Origin: an uncultured Bacilli bacterium
GTDB lineage: Bacteria; Bacillota_I; Bacilli_A; RF39; UBA660
Length of the DNA: 64,000 bases
Direction of reading: 5' to 3'
Assembly (NCBI GenBank): GCA_934085825.1
Contig: CAKOHR010000004.1
Coordinates: 33,308 to 97,307, forward strand
Shown here: positions 61,900 through 64,000 of the stretch, piece after piece
Position numbering within the stretch: position 1 is the stretch's first letter
How the letters are laid out: each line of letters begins with the position of its first letter
Notes under the pieces: model-generated
The model's database searches: none
Seen by the model: the letters and a program-made list of their open reading frames with translations, nothing else
What the model was told of the DNA's origin: nothing
Program-made: the position numbers and the translations under genes

Positions 61900-62577
61900 T
61901 TAATCATTTGTAATATTACCATCACCAAAAACTGAAATCGTATCCCCTAAATATTTTGGCTTTGGTTTAAATATTGTTTTAACAAAATCCTTATTTCGTG
62001 CTAGTATTTCTCTTATTTCAAATTTTTTTGCATCTGAGTATGATCTTAAAGTGGATGATATACCATGAGCTTTCAATCCCAATTTTTGAGATATATATAA
62101 ACTTCGATATAAATGATACTCTTGAGTTACAATAAGTATATTATTAGTTAAAAATACATTTTTGGCTCTATAAATACTGTCATATGTTGAAAAACCTGCA
62201 TGGTCCATAAAAATATCTTCACTTGGTATACCTTTATCTACTAAATAATTTTTCATGACATTTACTTCGTCATAGTATTTAGTTCCATGATCTCCACTTA
62301 CTATTATTTTAGATGATGCTCCTTTTAAATATGCCTCATAGGCTGTATCAAGTCTATCTTTTAAAATCGGACTTGGCTTTCCATTTCTTAAACCAGCACC
62401 TAAAACCAAAATGGCATCATAATCGTTACTTATATTGGTCATTTTGATTATGTCATGTTTTACACTCAATTTTACATAAAAATTTATTAATAAAATTGTT
62501 AATAAACCTATAAATAGTAAAATTACTAAAATTATAATTACTTTTTTAAATATCTTCTGCATATTTATTCTCCTCAT
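61900..62577 (-). CDS. DUF218 (SanA/YdcF/ElyC) family protein
   Basis: N-terminal TM then AILVLGAGL...PSPIL..R...IIVSGDHG motif arrangement. Confidence 0.7.
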   Translation of the reverse strand: MRRINMQKIFKKVIIILVILLFIGLLTILLINFYVKLSVKHDIIKMTNISNDYDAILVLGAGLRNGKPSPILKDRLDTAYEAYLKGASSKIIVSGDHGTKYYDEVNVMKNYLVDKGIPSEDIFMDHAGFSTYDSIYRAKNVFLTNNILIVTQEYHLYRSLYISQKLGLKAHGISSTLRSYSDAKKFEIREILARNKDFVKTIFKPKPKYLGDTISVFGDGNITND

Positions 62578-62729
62578 AACAATAATGTTACTCTTTTCTT
62601 TAATTTTACATTTTTTTCTAATTTAAAACAACATATATCATTTAATTATTAAAAGTCGACACTTTTTAACATTTTATATACAAATTTAAAAAAATATATT
62701 ATACTTATTGTATAGAAAACGAGGTAAAA

Positions 62730-63923
62730 ATGAAGATAGCTATATTTACAGATGCTTATGAACCCCATATATCTGGAGTTACTACAAGTATTAAAATGTT
62801 AAAAACTGCTCTTGAAAAAATGCACCATGTTGTTTATATTGTTACAGCAAATTTAGAGGGAAAAGGTTTTAAATATGATGAAGAAAATAGAATTGTGTAC
62901 TTACCTGGTATTAAAACTGGAATCTATCAAACTAAATTAACCGGGATTTATTCAAGTAAAGCGATGAAAATTATTAAAAGTTGGAATTTGGATGTAATAC
63001 ACTCTCAAACTGAATTTGGAATTGGTTACTTTTCAAGAATCGTGGCTAAAAAACTTAATATACCAGTTGTTCATACTTATCATACTTTATATGAAGATTA
63101 TGTTCATTATGTAACTCATGGGCATTTTAATAATGTTGCTAAGAAGTTTGTTGTTAAAATGACTAAATATTATTGTGAAAAAAAGTGTAATGAACTTATT
63201 GTACCTACGGATAAAATTAAAGAATTATTTGTTAATAAATATGATATAAAAAAATATATAAATGTTATTCCTACAGGTATAGATATAGATAAATTTAAAG
63301 TTACTTCAGAGATGAAAAAAAGAATTGATGAAATAAAGAAAAAATATAAAATAAAGGATACTGATTTTGTTATTGGTTCTGTAGGTAGAATTGCGCCTGA
63401 AAAAAGTTTTGATAAATTACTTTATAATATTAAAGATATGATTAAAGTAAATAACAATATTAAAGTAATGTTAGTTGGAGGTGGTCCTGATTTAGAAAAT
63501 CTTCAAAAATTGAGTAAAGAATTAAAACTAGATAATTATGTGATATTTACTGATAAGGTTGATTATGCAGTTGTACCAGCTTATTTTAATACTTTTGATG
63601 TTGTAGTTTCATTTTCCACAACAGAAACTCAAGGTCTTACAATTATTGAAGGCTTGGCGGCTTCTAAACCTACGATATGCATTGATGATGAATCATTTAA
63701 AGCAATGATTGAACCAAATTATAATGGGTACTTATTTAAAAATAATGATGAATTTAAAGATTGTATTTTTAAACTTATGAATGATAATAAACTTTATAAG
63801 GAAATGTCTATTAATGCTAGAAATAGTACTTATAAATATTCAAAAGAAGTATTTGCTTCAGATGTATTAAAAGTTTATCATAAAGCTATTAAAAACTCAA
63901 AGAATAATGAAGTCACTCTTTAG
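62730..63923 (+). CDS. Family 4 glycosyltransferase (glycolipid-synthase-like)
   Basis: MKIAIFTDAYEPHISGVTT N-terminus and C-terminal GT4 E...E motif region, similar to MGS/CpoA-type enzymes. Confidence 0.8.
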   Translation: MKIAIFTDAYEPHISGVTTSIKMLKTALEKMHHVVYIVTANLEGKGFKYDEENRIVYLPGIKTGIYQTKLTGIYSSKAMKIIKSWNLDVIHSQTEFGIGYFSRIVAKKLNIPVVHTYHTLYEDYVHYVTHGHFNNVAKKFVVKMTKYYCEKKCNELIVPTDKIKELFVNKYDIKKYINVIPTGIDIDKFKVTSEMKKRIDEIKKKYKIKDTDFVIGSVGRIAPEKSFDKLLYNIKDMIKVNNNIKVMLVGGGPDLENLQKLSKELKLDNYVIFTDKVDYAVVPAYFNTFDVVVSFSTTETQGLTIIEGLAASKPTICIDDESFKAMIEPNYNGYLFKNNDEFKDCIFKLMNDNKLYKEMSINARNSTYKYSKEVFASDVLKVYHKAIKNSKNNEVTL

Positions 63924-63930
63924 GGTAGTT

Positions 63931-64000
63931 TTAGAACAAAACTTAAATTTCTAACGAAATTCAAGTAGCAGTGTTACCTCACGGTAACACTTTTCTGTTT
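63931..64000 (-). mobile_element. Second copy of the IS605-family right end (element continues beyond window)
   Basis: 63932-64000 matches 14303-14371 (2 mismatches), including hairpin GTGTTACCTCACGGTAACAC; inserted directly after the stop codon of the GT4 gene. Confidence 0.55.

Overview
This is an AT-rich (roughly 28% GC) chromosomal segment from a spore-forming Firmicute; gene content and order look Clostridia-like, inferred from the sequence only. About three quarters of the window is a core-gene backbone, mostly on the minus strand, interleaved with accessory and mobile DNA.

Core genes recognised: thrS with a T-box leader, efp, rpmG, an MscS channel, class I fda, dCMP deaminase, hisS, sigE-spoIIGA-ftsZ-ftsA, rnj, rny, nrdD, murC, dus, rnr, rmuC, asnB, ltaS, a YebC regulator, lysS, and several envelope glycosyltransferases.

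Accessory and mobile DNA:
- An IS110-family insertion at 1.0-2.5 kb, bracketed by roughly 100-bp diverged direct repeats.
- A large SipW-type secreted protein whose 3' end sits in a GC-rich island that looks foreign.
- A tandem array of DUF1016/YhcG nuclease gene copies (one intact, one decayed, one fragment). Each copy and each spacer carries a 27-29 bp perfect palindrome with covarying stems and a conserved 3-nt loop.
- An IS200/IS605-type element (IS1341-like) with a frameshifted tnpB and its omega-RNA right end; the right end recurs at the window edge.
- A type III ToxIN/AbiQ-like toxin-antitoxin locus: 3.3 copies of a 36-nt ToxI repeat, with toxN disrupted by a premature stop and frameshift.
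- An nrdD gene split into a large catalytic ORF and a separate 60-aa ORF that carries the glycyl-radical motif.
- Two class B sortases. One has a roughly 290-aa N-terminal cytoplasmic extension and is paired divergently with a small surface protein ending in a TKTG-type sorting signal.
- A cluster of TasA/camelysin-like SipW-signal proteins next to a ClpC-like ATPase.

No rRNA, tRNA or CRISPR array was seen.
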